Below, one piece after another: positions 12,215 through 26,562 of a stretch of 64,000 nucleotides of DNA (positions are counted from its first letter, which is position 1; each line of letters starts with the position of its first letter). The notes under the pieces were generated by a model. That model did not search any database, was not told the DNA's origin, and worked only from the letters and a program-made list of their open reading frames with translations. The position numbers and the translations under genes are program-made. Location: positions 9,952,451 to 10,016,450 of the forward strand of contig NC_134035.1 in the NCBI RefSeq assembly GCF_964204645.1, written 5' to 3'. The stretch is from Tubulanus polymorphus. Taxonomy: Eukaryota; Animalia; Nemertea.

Positions 12215-14361
12215 ATGAGCTCCTCGAAGAAACGAGTTTGCGTCATCGGCGCTGGACCTTCTGGAATGTGTTTTCTGTGTCAATTGGAGAAACTTCGTCT
12301 TGAAGGAGTCGATGTACCCGATGTAGTTTGCATTGAGAAACAAAGTAACTGGGGTGGATTGTGGAACTCTACCACTTGGAGAACAGGTCGGTGAATTATC
12401 GTTTTCATATCCTCTATTGGTCGAATACCTTATTGTTTATCTGTTTCATCATACATCCGACCTGTGGAACTCTGACCTGATTGAGAATCATTTGAATTCC
12501 CCTTCATCTGTAACGTGTCTAAACTAATTCAGGTCTCGATGAGAACGGCGAAAATGTCCACAGTCCGATGTACAAGCAGCTTGTTGCAAACAGCCCGAAA
12601 GAACTTTCGTTTGAGTTCCATGATTATTCTTTTGAAGAACATTTTGGTAAACCAGTTCCATCGTTTCTACCCAGAGAAGTAGTCTTCGACTATTTGAACG
12701 GTAAGAAACTGGTTGAAATTAGGTTTAGCACCTAAGTATAATCAGTTGATTAACTTCTGGGTTGCTGATGATTTACTCCGTGAATTGAATACAAGAAAAT
12801 GAAAGATTTTAGGAAAATTCACCGCTTAAAGTAACTGATAGGATTGAATTAGTTAAAAAAGAATCGGGTCGAACGTAACTGGAAATAAAAGAGTTAGCGT
12901 AATCTTAATTTGAGGTGTCCTGGGAATACAATTCAAAAGGTTTGGGCGACTTTGTTACGAATGTCCTTCTCACAAAAAAAAGTAATTTCCTATTAGAAAA
13001 TTGTTCAATATTATACTGTAGATTACACGTGAATATGTCTATAATGTATGTATATTTAATTGTAGGTCGATGGAACATGAAAAACGTGCGTCGTTTCATT
13101 AAATTTGAAACGGTAGCTCACACAGTTACATACAATCCGAACTCAGATGATTTTACGGTTGTGATGAGAGATGTGTCCATTGATTTATTGTTACCCGCTC
13201 AAACATTTGATTTCGTCATCAACGCCACCGGTCATTATTCATATCCAAATATACCTCATTACGAAGGATTCGAAACTTTCCCTGGTAAAGCTATACCATT
13301 GCTTCAATTATTTCAGTTGTTTGAAGCGACACCTGCTTAAAGATGTTTCATTATTTTTCTATTAGGTCGAATTCTGCATACAGTTGAAATGCGTGATATG
13401 ACACACTTTAAAGACCAAAACGTTCTTATTATTGGGGGTAATTTCTCAGCAGATGATACTTCTCTGCAGTTGTACAAGTACGGAGCGAAAGATATCATCA
13501 TATCCTATCGTCATTACAAACTAGAACTGATAGTACCTGAAAATATTACTACGAAACCTATTCCGACTAAAGTCGTCGGGAAAACTGTTCATTTCAAAGA
13601 TGGAACAACCGCTGATGTAGGTGTAATGTCTAACTGTCTCGATGCGAGTTATAATGTATGATTCTGTTAATCTAAATGTATTCAATATTGACTAAATTGG
13701 TTTTCTTATAGGTCGACACGATTATTCTAGCAACTGGGTACAAACACCATTACCCTTATATGGATAATGATCTCAAATTGAAAAGCGCGAATCTGTTTTA
13801 TCCTGATAATTTATACAAGGGTATTTTGTGGATGAAAAGTGCCAATAATAGGCTGTTCTATATCGGCGCTCAAGATATTCTGTATTCGTTTACGATGTTC
13901 GACGCCCAAGCTTTGTGGGCTCTACGAGTTATAATTGGTGACGTCAAATTACCTTCACGCGAAGCCATGCAAGCGGATATTAAACATTGGCGAGATAGGT
14001 AAATTTTCAGTGAATCTTCTAAGATTTAAATGTTTAGTTTTTGGACGATACTAATTTTCTTGGGCTCATATATTGCAGAATGGAAGCGGAATTGTCACCG
14101 CCGAAGCGTTCATTTTACAGCATTCTCGAGTTCCAAACGGAATACACACTTGATGTAGCAGATGAAGCTAAATACGGCTATAATCTGGACGGCCGAGAAA
14201 TGATGTTGGAATATCTACCACATTTTCTAGAAAAGCCATACACGGGCTCGAAAGACTTCCAGGCCCGTAGTATCGTAACTGGGAAAATAGCACCCCTGCA
14301 TCACACCGATTTCCTACAGAACTACGACCTATCGTTGCAATCATACCTCAATTCTAAATAA
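12215..14361 (+). CDS. Tmm/mFMO-like flavin monooxygenase, copy 3, 459 aa
   Basis: Exons 12215-12386, 12533-12700, 13066-13284, 13366-13616, 13712-13998, 14079-14361. Exon lengths are the same as in copy 1. Confidence 0.95.
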
Positions 14362-15527
14362 CAAAAATGTCAAGAAATAGTTGAAGTTGCCCTTCTTTTG
14401 ACAATGGATGAATTCGTCTTTATGTAGAAGTAGAAGTAGATTACGGTTAGCGAAATTCTCTCGTACTGTACGATGGTCGTTGCTATCCTTTAGAAAAAAA
14501 TACTAATGTATAATGTCATTACATGTATTCAGTTTATTAATTGAATTTACCATATTTCATAAGTTATGATATAATGGATGACACTGCTTGTTGATGAATG
14601 ATGTAAAAACAGACATGAATTTACGGATAATTAACAAACGATGATATCGAGTTTGATAGTGTCAGCCGGCGGTGATCTCAGTCTGTTTAATCCTTAAACC
14701 ATGACACGGGGCTAACATAGAATAATGTACATTCCGATAAAAAGTAGATAAATACAATATACGGCATATGTATATATCATATATATACAAATATCGGAAT
14801 CTCTTTATCTGACATATTGGCTTATAATAAAACAAGACAGATTTCCTCGAAGCTCAGTTCACGCATTTCATTTTCGCTGTTCCATTGAAATTGATATTGA
14901 ATCAACTTTTGTCCACCTATTTGTGCTATTTTTATGCCTGATATTGAAGAAGTAACTCGTATTCGTGCAATCTACACTGGATCTTCTCTGTGATACTTTC
15001 CAAACGGTAAGACGATTGAAGTATGCTTATATTGAACATTCTGTAGAAATCAAACTTTATGTTAATTGAAGTGGGAGAAGGCCTTTTTTGCATTGGAGTA
15101 TGGACCTTTCGAAAAAAAGGATAAGGGATTTAACTTAAAAGTTCAAAGAAATTCCTACTGTACGGTTTTAAATGGAAGGGAACGACGGAAAAATGGAAAG
15201 GATTATTTTTGTGCGCGTATTTTCGATAAGTATTAGATAAATAAAGGAGTAAACCTTCTGTTGGATTGAATTCAAATGATAAGAGAAATTAAGAAAACTA
15301 ACTTGTTGCTAATAGTTATATCGGAAATTTAAACAAAAACACAACGAACAAATTTTCGTGAAAATCTATCCAATTAACCTACATAAGCTGAAAACAGTAG
15401 CTCGGTTCAAGGCCTAGTTCATGGATAATTAGGACAGCTATTCGCGCTTCGATCCAATGCGTGTTCATCATAGAGTTCTCTTGAATCGTATGTTTCCATC
15501 CTATAGAGACAGTCCTATTACAGTAAT

Positions 15528-17846
15528 ATGAGCTCCTCGAAGAAACGAGTTTGCGTCATCGGCGCTGGACCTTCTGGAATGAGTTTTCTGTGTCATTTGG
15601 AGAAACTTCGTCTTGAAGGAGTTGATGTACCCGATGTAGTTTGCATTGAGAAACAAAGTAACTGGGGTGGATTGTGGAACACTACCACTTGGAGAACAGG
15701 TCGGTGAATTATCTTTTCATATCCTCTAATGGTCGAACCCCTCATCAAGAGGAACCAATTCCATAATTTAATGGGTGTCTTCGTCCTTAATTAACGCTTA
15801 CTTTATCGACAAACTTAAGTTCATAGTGTTGACATTCAAGAGCGGTATATCGAACCTTTTCCACAGTTTTCACAAATCCACAGTAGGATTTGACCTAAAT
15901 TTGAACTTAAGTGAAATCAAACCATACAATATACAACTGGTTCCATGGTGAATGATTCAATCTGAGATAAATCATTGATTAAATGAACTGTCTGACTCGA
16001 AATATAATATCTATCCGTCTATTTCATCATACCTTCGACCAATGGAACTATGGCTTGATGATTATCCAGTTGAAAATCAACGAATTGCTCTTCATTTGTA
16101 TCACGTTTCCACTCAGGTCTCGATGAGAACGGTGAAAATGTCCACAGTCCGATGTACAAACAGCTTGTTGCAAACAGCCCGAAAGAACTTTCGTTTGAAT
16201 TCCACGATTATTCTTTTGAAGAACATTTCGGTAAACCAGTTCCATCATTTCTACCTAGGGACGCAATCTTTGACTATTTGAACGGTAAGGAAATCCAGTT
16301 TTACACCAACTTAGCATACCTATTAATTCTGGTTATTAATAATTTACTTCGTGAATTATACACGAGAAAATTCCGCTGGTAAAAATTACCGATAGGTTTG
16401 GATTTAATGAGAAAATCGGGACATTCGCATAATAGAAATTTTGAAGTGGCCGGGGCATATTGAGTTGAAAAGTTCCGCCAACTTTGTTGCGTATTTCCTT
16501 CTCACAAAAAAGTAATTTCCTATCAGTTTGTTGTTCAATATAATGTCTTTAATTGTAGGTCGATGGAACATGAAAAGCGTGCGTCGTTTCATTAAATTCG
16601 AAACGGTAGCTCACACAGTTACATACAATCCGAACTCAGATGATTTTACGGTTGTGATGAGAGATGTGTCCAATGATTTATTGTTACCCGTTCAAACATT
16701 TGATTTCGTCATCAACGCCACCGGTCATTTTTCATATCCAAATATACCTCATTACGAAGGATTCGAAACTTTTCCTGGTAAAGCTATACCATTGATTCCA
16801 TGCTTCAATTATTTCAGTTGTTTGAAGCGATTCCTGCTTAAAGATGGTTTCTATCGTCTTCATATTAGGTCGAATTCTGCATACTGTTGAAATGCGTGAT
16901 ATGACACACCTTAAAGACCAAAACGTCCTCATTGTCGGAGGCAATCTGTCGGCAGATGACACTTCTCTGCAGCTGCACAAGTACGGAGCGAGCAGTATCA
17001 TCATTTCCTATCGTCATTACAAACAAGAACTGATAGTGCCTGAAAATATTACTACAAGACCTATTCTGACTAAAGTCGTCGGGAAAACTGTTCATTTCAA
17101 AGATGGAACAACCGCTGATGTAGGTGTTATGTCTAACTCTCTCCATGCGAGTTAGGTTTCTGCCAATCTAAATGTATTCAATATAGACTAAATTCATTTT
17201 CAGGTCGACACGATTATTCTAGCAACTGGCTACAAACACCATTACCCTTATATGGATAATGATCTAAAATTGAAAAGCGCGAATCTGTTTTATCCTGATA
17301 ATCTATACAAGGGAACTTTGTGGATGAAAAGTGCCAATAATAGGCTGTTCTATATCGGTGCTCAAGATCAGCTGTACTCATTTACGATGTTTGACGCCCA
17401 AGCTTTGTGGGCTCTACGAGTTATCATTGGCGACATCAAATTACCTACACGCGAAGCCATGCAAGCGGACATTAAACATTGGCGAGATAGGTAAATTTTC
17501 GGTGCATTTTCTAAGATTTGAGTGAATAAGTTTTGGATGATAATATGTTTCCTTGTATTGCAGAATGGAAGCGGAATTGTCACCGCCGAAGTGTACATTT
17601 TACAGCGTCCTTGAATTCCAAACGGAATATATACTCGACATTGCAGATGAAGCTAAATACGGCTATAATCTGGACGGCAGGGGAATTATGTTGAAATATC
17701 TACCACATTTTCTAGAAAAGCCATACACGGGCTCGAAAGACTACCAGGCTCGTAGCAATGTTACTGGGAAAATAGCACCTCCACATCACACTGATTTCTT
17801 ACAGAACTTCGATCTATCGTTACAATCATACCTCAATTCTAGATAA
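15528..17846 (+). CDS. Tmm/mFMO-like flavin monooxygenase, copy 4, 459 aa
   Basis: Exons 15528-15699, 16117-16284, 16559-16777, 16869-17119, 17204-17490, 17564-17846. Confidence 0.95.
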
Positions 17847-18073
17847 CACAATTATTAAGAAATAGTTGGAGTTACCCTTCTTTTCAATATGGATTACCTC
17901 GTTTCTATGTACAAGTACATTACGGTTAGAGAATATTTCTCGTACTGTACCATGGTTGTTATTATTATTTAGAATAAATACAAACACATTATAGATCATA
18001 TTCAGTTTATCATTGCATTTTTTCATATTACATGAGTTGTTATATTTTAGTGCGATGATATTTTGAGTAAATC

Positions 18074-18297
18074 ACTGCGTGACCTGGAAATCCAATAGCA
18101 CAACAAGAATGAATCGTAGGCCTAAGTTGTAGATTTAGTTTATCAGGTGAAAACCACCGAAGACAAACTGACTCATCTAGGCCTAAGCTGGACCTTGACG
18201 ACTCTAGTTCCACCTATAAATCCAGCTAGGAGAATGTGATTGGAGGATCCAGGCGCACTAGGGCTCTGACAAGGGAAGCGATGATGACGATGATGAT
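18074..18297 (+). mobile_element. Degenerate 3' end of an RTE/L2-type non-LTR retrotransposon
   Basis: Broken reading-frame fragments TWK..RRPK..KTTEDKLTHLGLSW resemble the RTE ORF C-terminus (WxP..GRPK..W....GLxW). A (GAT)n tail follows. Confidence 0.45.
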
Positions 18298-18533
18298 ATA
18301 TATATATGAGGAATTTTAACATTTTGAACCAAATAATTCTTCGGATTTACGCAGGGAGTTTAGTGTTATGATTATCGCTAGTTGATGATCGATATAAATT
18401 TTAATGATGTAAGAAATATTTCTACCGGGGAAAATGAGGATCATATTTAACGAGAGGAGATCTCTTTCCGATTTAATGAGGAATAATATTCATAACTACT
18501 GCAGCAGTTTTCAGACGTCACTCACAGTTAGAG

Positions 18534-19613
18534 ATGAACGCGACTTTCAGTGTGAATTGGACCGCAGTCGCTACGACAACCATCAAAGGATTCAGACCGC
18601 ATTCTAGATGCAAATTCATCCATCATTCCGACTACAAACCGTTTAACTTGAACCTGTTTTACCAGATCAAGAACTGGGTCGTCGCTAGCGTCGCTGTGTT
18701 CGGCGTTATCGGAAACATTTTGTCGTTCGTGATTCTGCGCAAGGAAAAACGGAAAAATACGAGTATTTTTTATCTGAAATATCTGGCTATTCTTGACGTG
18801 TGTATGTGTGCGTCTTATCTTGTATTTGATTTCCAGAATGAATTGTACAGTCACACGTTATTACTCGACCATACCTTACAATTCAACCACTTTATGAAGA
18901 GACTCTACCCGTACACGCAACAAGTAAGGTTCCGTTTTTCTGGTGTGGCTGATTTGTTAATTCTGGTGATTGCTGTGGACAGATTGATCGTAGTTCGGTG
19001 GCCTCTGAAAGCCAGCACACTGATTTCAATGAAACGAGCTTGTATCAATGTAGTAGCTATAACTTTATTTATTGCCTTGATGTCGGTGCAGTCGTTTTTT
19101 CTTAAATGGACTCGTAGGTCTATCAATCCGTGCACTGGACACGAAAGATGGGCAATGAAGATAACTGCTTTCAGTAAAAACACTTACTATCGTTATTACA
19201 TGTTATTCGTTTATGCACCAATTTTTCATATAATTCCATCCGTCACCATTTTCATTATTACCATAAATATAATTGTAATTCTGAAATGTACAAGATTAGC
19301 CAGAGAACACATTACGTCATCAACAGTTCCTTCTAGGAATAAACACGATCGAAGTTTGACGATTTCTTTAGTTATTATTTGCTATATACATTTGATAAAA
19401 CGCTCTCTACTTTTGTCCGGTGCGATTAACAACTTCTTAGTGTTTATATACGGCAAGAACGTTCTGCTGTTACCCGATACTGGGCCTTATTTGGACGGCG
19501 TAAAAGACTTGATGAGGAAAATTTCAGCATCCGCGAATTTATTTATTTATGTCGCGATGAGAAAAAGTTTTCGTCACCGACTTCGCGAAATGTTTTGTAA
19601 TCAGAAGAAATGA
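18534..19613 (+). CDS. Class A (rhodopsin-type) GPCR, FMRFamide/sex-peptide-receptor-like or chemoreceptor-like, 359 aa, intronless
   Basis: Seven hydrophobic segments. N-terminal N-glycosylation sequons NAT and NWT. GN in TM1, LAILD in TM2, DRL..VRWPLK after TM3, ANLFIY..RKSFR at TM7/helix 8. Confidence 0.9.
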   Translation: MNATFSVNWTAVATTTIKGFRPHSRCKFIHHSDYKPFNLNLFYQIKNWVVASVAVFGVIGNILSFVILRKEKRKNTSIFYLKYLAILDVCMCASYLVFDFQNELYSHTLLLDHTLQFNHFMKRLYPYTQQVRFRFSGVADLLILVIAVDRLIVVRWPLKASTLISMKRACINVVAITLFIALMSVQSFFLKWTRRSINPCTGHERWAMKITAFSKNTYYRYYMLFVYAPIFHIIPSVTIFIITINIIVILKCTRLAREHITSSTVPSRNKHDRSLTISLVIICYIHLIKRSLLLSGAINNFLVFIYGKNVLLLPDTGPYLDGVKDLMRKISASANLFIYVAMRKSFRHRLREMFCNQKK

Positions 19614-20427
19614 CAGCAATTAGCGGAAATACTGAAAATGCTTCATTACTTAGAGAGTTACTGGGGGGTGGCGTGCTGGAATAGCAACCCTGAAACTCAG
19701 TGACCAGCTGGGGGAGCCAATTGAGTCAGAGAAAGGTCAATTTTCAAAAGAAAAAGCTCAAATTAGTTGGATCTAATGGGAACAAAGGTTTTGCACGAAG
19801 ATCGTCAATCGCTCTATTCATTCTCATCAGGAAGATGAGTCTGCTTGATGTGACAGGAAAATCGACAGTGTTTAAAAGTAGTAGCTGGAAATGCAGATGT
19901 GACCTGCATCACTATTCAAGAGTAGTTACTATTCTTTTAAGAGCTCAGTTACGACCAATGTTATCAACATGCTCACGAAGTCAGGGTCATTTCTAGTTAA
20001 TTTTCAATTCAGCTTCGATTTTCGATGTCTCAATGTGGTGAAAACTAAACACATAAATTTGCGTAGTTGCATAAATTTGTGCAGTGAATTGCAGAGGAAA
20101 CGTGAAGCCTTAATGGTCGTTTATAAAAAAACTATAGCAATCAGAATATCTATACTATAAGCGGCTAGGCGTCTTAACTTTGTAACGCGTAATTTCTGTT
20201 TGTGTGGCTTCGATTACGCGTTGAGTGGTATGAATTGAAAGAGGTTGGTCTGATCTGTGTTTTAGGATCGATTTCGTGCCGATACGATAAAGTTTAGGTA
20301 CACTTTTGGACCATTTAAGTTTGGACGCTCCGCGTAACGTCACTGCGCGCGCTGATCGAAACAAACATTTGAGCGTCGGTTTTTGTATAGTGTGCTTGAC
20401 TACAGAGACGCGGGTGACCTCAATTCT

Positions 20428-21532
<1,105 letters not shown>

Positions 21533-22104
21533 CGGTAATACCCGAAATTCAGTTCACGCATTTTATGGTGACGGCAGTGCTATTCTTCTGAAATTGATAT
21601 AAATCCACCTTTTTCCCAACCTATGTTCACTTCCTTTTATGCCTGGCTGGTTTATATGACACAATAGCAGTACTGACTCGTATTCGTGCAGTCTACACAA
21701 TCTTCTCTGATACTTTCCAAACGGTAAGAGGATTGAAGCAATCATACCTAAAATATTCAGTATAGATTGAACTATATATATTCAAATAACATTAGTGAAG
21801 GCGGCGAAGGCCTATAACTTGCAGTGCGGGAAGCAGAATCCGTACACTAACCATTTGAAAATGGGCTTTCGGTTGGTTTGCAGTGAATGCGATATGTTCA
21901 ATTAACCTACATAAGCTTGTTCTTTTAAGTGTTGATATCATACATTTTATATATACGCTACAAGAACTGTTGCTCGTTTCAAGGCCTAAGGGCACGAATA
22001 ATTGCTACGGCTATTCGTGCTTCAATCCATTGCATGTTCATCATAATAGGGTAATTTTAAAATCGTATGTTTCCATCCTTTAGAGACAGTCGTATTACAG
22101 TAAT

Positions 22105-24849
22105 ATGAGCTCCTCGAAGAAACGAGTTTGCGTCATCGGCGCTGGACCTTCTGGAATGAGTTTTCTGTGTCATTTGGAGAAACTTCGTCTAGAAGGAGTC
22201 GATGTACCCGATGTAGTTTGCATTGAGAAACAAAGTAACTGGGGTGGATTGTGGAACACTACCACTTGGAGAACAGGCCGGTGAATTATCTTATATCCTT
22301 GATTGGTCGAATCCCTTCTCAAGAAGAATCAAATGACATATTTTGAGGGGGTCTCCATCCTTAGACTTAAAATTCTAACTACTACTTTATTGACAAAATC
22401 AAATTCGCAGTGATGACAATCAAGTGCGGTGTAATGAACCTCTTCAAAAGTTTTGAGTAAGATTTGACGTAATTAAGCAAAGTAAAATGGAAACAGGAAA
22501 TATAGAGCTGGCCCTTAATGGATGATTGACACTGGTGGTAAATCACATCCTCCCACGGCAGGGATTCGAACCTAATGACATCGCTACACCCAGCCACGGC
22601 ACAAACCCCTGCCACAGTAGACCGGGTGCGCAGGTACATACCCAGTTTTGCTGCTCGAAAACGTGCGGCACCAATCAGTTTGCTCGTTGTATAATCGCCG
22701 AGGTAAATTTTACGGAAGAACTATGAATAGGAAAACCCGGGCTAAAATAAAACGGGATTATCTGATTGGCTGATAATGACATCTAAGTCTAAGCTGCGCG
22801 TGTAGCTTAGCTGCGCACTCGGTCTAGTGTGGCAGGGTTTCGTCCCGTGGCAATCTTGATGCCATCAGGTTCGAATCCCAGCCGGGGGAGGATGGGTAAA
22901 TCATTGATTAAATCAATTTCGTCATACATCCGACCTGAAATAGGACTCAATTATCCAATTGAAAATCAACAAAATTCCCTTCACCTGTATCATGGTTCGA
23001 CTTATCCAGGTCTCGATGAGAACGGTGAAAATGTCCACAGTCCGATGTACAAGCAACTGATAACAAACAGCCCGAAAGAACTTTCAGTTGAATTCCGGGA
23101 TTATTCTTTTGAAGAACATTTTGGTAAACCAGTTCCATCGTTGGTACCCAGGGAATTAATCTTCGACTATTTGAACGGTAAGAAACTGGTTGAAATTAGG
23201 TTTGAAACCATCCGAGCATACCTGTATCATCAGTTGATTAACTTCTGGGTTGCTGTTGATTTACTCCGTGAATTATACACGCGAAAATGAAACATTGTCA
23301 GATAATTCGTAGCAAAAACTACCGATATAATTGGATTAGTTAAAAATGAATCGGATCTGACTTATCTGTGAATAAAAGAGTTAGCATAATCTTAATTTGA
23401 GGTGTCCTGGGCATAAAATTTATAAGGTTTGGGCAACTTTGTTGCGAGTGTCCTTCTCACAAAAAAAATGTCCTAGTGTGTAGAAAAGTGTTCAATATTA
23501 TACTGTTGATTAAACGTGAATATGTCCATAATGTATTGTAATGCAATGTCTGCAATTGTAGTTCGATGGAACATGAAAAATGTGCGTCGATTCATCAAAT
23601 TTGAAACGGTAGTTCACACAGTTACATACAATCCGAACTCAGATGATTTTACGGTTGTGATGAGAGATGTGTCCAATGATTTGTTGTTACCCGCTCAAAC
23701 ATTTGATTTCGTCATCAACGCCACCGGTCATTATTCATATCCAAATATACCTCATTACGAAGGATTCGAAACTTTCCCTGGTAAAGCTACCATTGCTTCA
23801 ATTATTTCAGTTGTTTGAAGCGACACCTGCTTAAAGATGTTTCATTATCTTCCTGTTAGGTCGAATTCTACATACAGTTGAAATGCGTGATATGACACAC
23901 TTTAAAGACCAAAACGTCCTTATTATCGGAGGCAGTCTCTCGGCAGATGACACTTCTCTGCAGTTGTACAAGCACGGAGCGAAAAATATCATCATTTCCT
24001 ATCGTCATTACAAACAAGAACTGATAGTACCTGAAAATATTACTACAAGACCTATTCTGACTAAAGTCGTCGGGAAGACTGTTCATTTCAAAGATGGAAC
24101 AACCGCTGATGTAGGTGTATTGTCTAACTCTCTCGATGCGAGTTATAATGTATGATTCTGTCAATCTAAATGTATTCAATATAGACTAAATTCGTTTTAT
24201 TATAGGTCGACACGATCATTCTAGCAACTGGGTACAAACACCACTACCCTTATATGGATAATGATCTGAAATTGAAAAGCGCAAATCTGTTTTATCCTGA
24301 TAATTTGTACAAAGGAACTTTGTGGATGAAAAGTGCCAATAATAGGCTGTTCTATATCGGCGCTCATGATCAGATGTATTCATTTACGATGTTCGACGCC
24401 CAAGCTTTGTGGGCTCTACGAGTTATAATTGGCGACGTCAAATTACCTTCACGCGAAGCCATGCAAGCGGACATTAAACATTGGCGAGATAGGTAAATTT
24501 TCGCTGCAATTTGAACGATTATTTGTTTGGATGAATATATGTTTTCCTTGATCTATTATATTGCAGAATGGAAGCGGAATTGTCACCGCCGAAGTGTACA
24601 TTATTCAACATTCTCGAATTCCAAACAGAATACATACTCGACGTAGCAGATGAGGCTAAATACGGTTATAATCTGGACGGCAGGGGAATTATGTCAGAAT
24701 ATCTACATCATGTACTTGAAAACCCATTCACAGAGTCGAAAGACTTTCAGGCCCGTAGCAATGTAACTGGGAACATAGCACCTCCACATCACACTCATTT
24801 CTTACAAAACTTTGACCTATCGTTGCAATCATACCTCAATTCTAAATAG
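22105..24849 (+). CDS. Tmm/mFMO-like flavin monooxygenase, copy 5, 459 aa; intron 1 has a GC donor
   Basis: Exons 22105-22276, 23010-23177, 23562-23780, 23860-24110, 24206-24492, 24567-24849. The donor reads AG|GCCGGT where other copies have AG|GTCG/CGT. Otherwise the frame is open. Confidence 0.85.
22546..22894. mobile_element. 349-bp MITE with ~85-bp imperfect TIRs and a 9-bp TSD (GGTAAATCA), Mutator-like
   Basis: TSD at 22537-22545 and 22895-22903. Ends CATCCTCCC...GGGGAGGATG are inverted. The element is absent at the homologous intron position of copies 4 and 6. Confidence 0.85.
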
Positions 24850-26562
24850 CAAAACAAAATAATATCTAGAAATAGTTGGAGTTACTCTTCTTTTCAGTAT
24901 CGATAAATTAGGTTATATCTAGAAGTAGATTACTGTTAGTGGATATTTTTAGTTTCTGTACGGTCGGTATTATTATTTACAAATAGATCAGTTTATTATA
25001 TTTATTGCGTTTCTCATATTTCATTAGTAATTATATAATGGATACTGCTTCTTGGTGAATGACGTAGAAACGGACACGAATTTATGCGGCTAAACAAAAT
25101 ATGACGTCGAGTTTAATAGTCAACTGGCGGCGATCGCAGTCTGATAAATCCTTAAACTATTACACTGGGCTAAAAAAAGATAATGTACATTCTGTTAAAA
25201 AAAATAGATTAATACAATATATGGCAGTTTTACACAAAGATTTGACTCTCATTATCTGACCTATTCGCTTAAAATAAAACAGATTTCCTCGAAGCTTGGT
25301 TCACGCATTTTTCGGTGTAGGTAGTGCTATTCTTTTGAAATTGATATAAATCAACTTTGAGTCAACATATTTTTGACCTTTTCTACGCCTGTTTCATGCG
25401 ACACATATAGTAGCAGTGACTCGCGTTCGTCCAGTATACACAGTGGATCTTCTCTGATCATTTTCAAACGGTAAGAGGATTGCAGAGCGCATACATGTAC
25501 TTAGATTATTCAGTAGAAAAAGGGGGAAAAATTAAAAGGATTTTATTTTACTATTCGAGAGTTTTTCACATAAAAAATCTTAGATAATAAAAAGGGTGAA
25601 CATTGGATTTAATTCAAATTAAAAGAAAAACGTAGAAATATAACTTGTTGCTAATAATTAAACGAATGAAAATTGAAACGATAATATCAAGACAATAAAA
25701 AATATGATGAAAACGCGACAGAAGACTAAAAAACCCTTTTGTTTTATATTATGTATTTGGTAGAATTCAGTGGAAGTTTGAATCGTGCTCCGAATATTGA
25801 AAAAGGGCCTTGATTTGGTGTGCAGTGAATGCGATATAATCAATTAACCTACATAAGCTTGTTCTTATAAGTTTTGATTCTATTTAAAGTGTAAGTTTAG
25901 GTTTATTGAGACTTGAACTGAAACAGTACAAGGAATGTAGCTTGTATCAAGGCCTAGGCCACCGATAATGGGGTACCGGCACACACCAGATGGCGTCATT
26001 TCAATCAGTTATACGTACTGACAATTTATCTCATTTTCGATTAATTTTGAACTGGTCTTTAAAGCTCCCAAATAGCCGTCAAACAAGTCATCAAATAGAT
26101 ATAAGATTGATGTTCCGAAAGAGTGTCTGGTATAGTTTTACTGGAAATTGATTTCGGTATGGTCGATAACTTTTCTGATGAAAGCAACATATTATTGTGT
26201 TAGCCGAAACATGTCGACATTATTTTTTTATGTATGTAAATATAACAGAAAAAGGGTCTAAAATGTTCGCCTGGGCGTTTGTTTTAATTATTGACACTCA
26301 AGACTTTTTCATTACCGGAAATTAAGGTTGATTCGAACTTAAAAATTGAAATGTAGAAGCAATTGAAGCGCAGTAAACGAGTAACCACTAGCGAGCCTGG
26401 CGGATCATCGCCTGCCATATACGGGGAATCCTCGATTGCCACAGTAGCGGTGCCGGTATTCCATTAATACAGCAATTCGTGCTTCAATCCATTGCGTGTT
26501 CGTCAAAGGGTTCTTTTGAATCGTATGTTTCCATCCTATAGAGACAGTCGTATTACAGTAAT

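Noticed and set aside
19660-20420. 98-aa ORF 19700-19996 and neighbouring ORFs as a gene
   Set aside because: No recognisable motif or consistent splice structure. Probably decayed repeat DNA.
22828-22894. tRNA gene suggested by GGTTCGAATCCC
   Set aside because: I could not fold a full cloverleaf. The motif is part of a MITE terminal inverted repeat.
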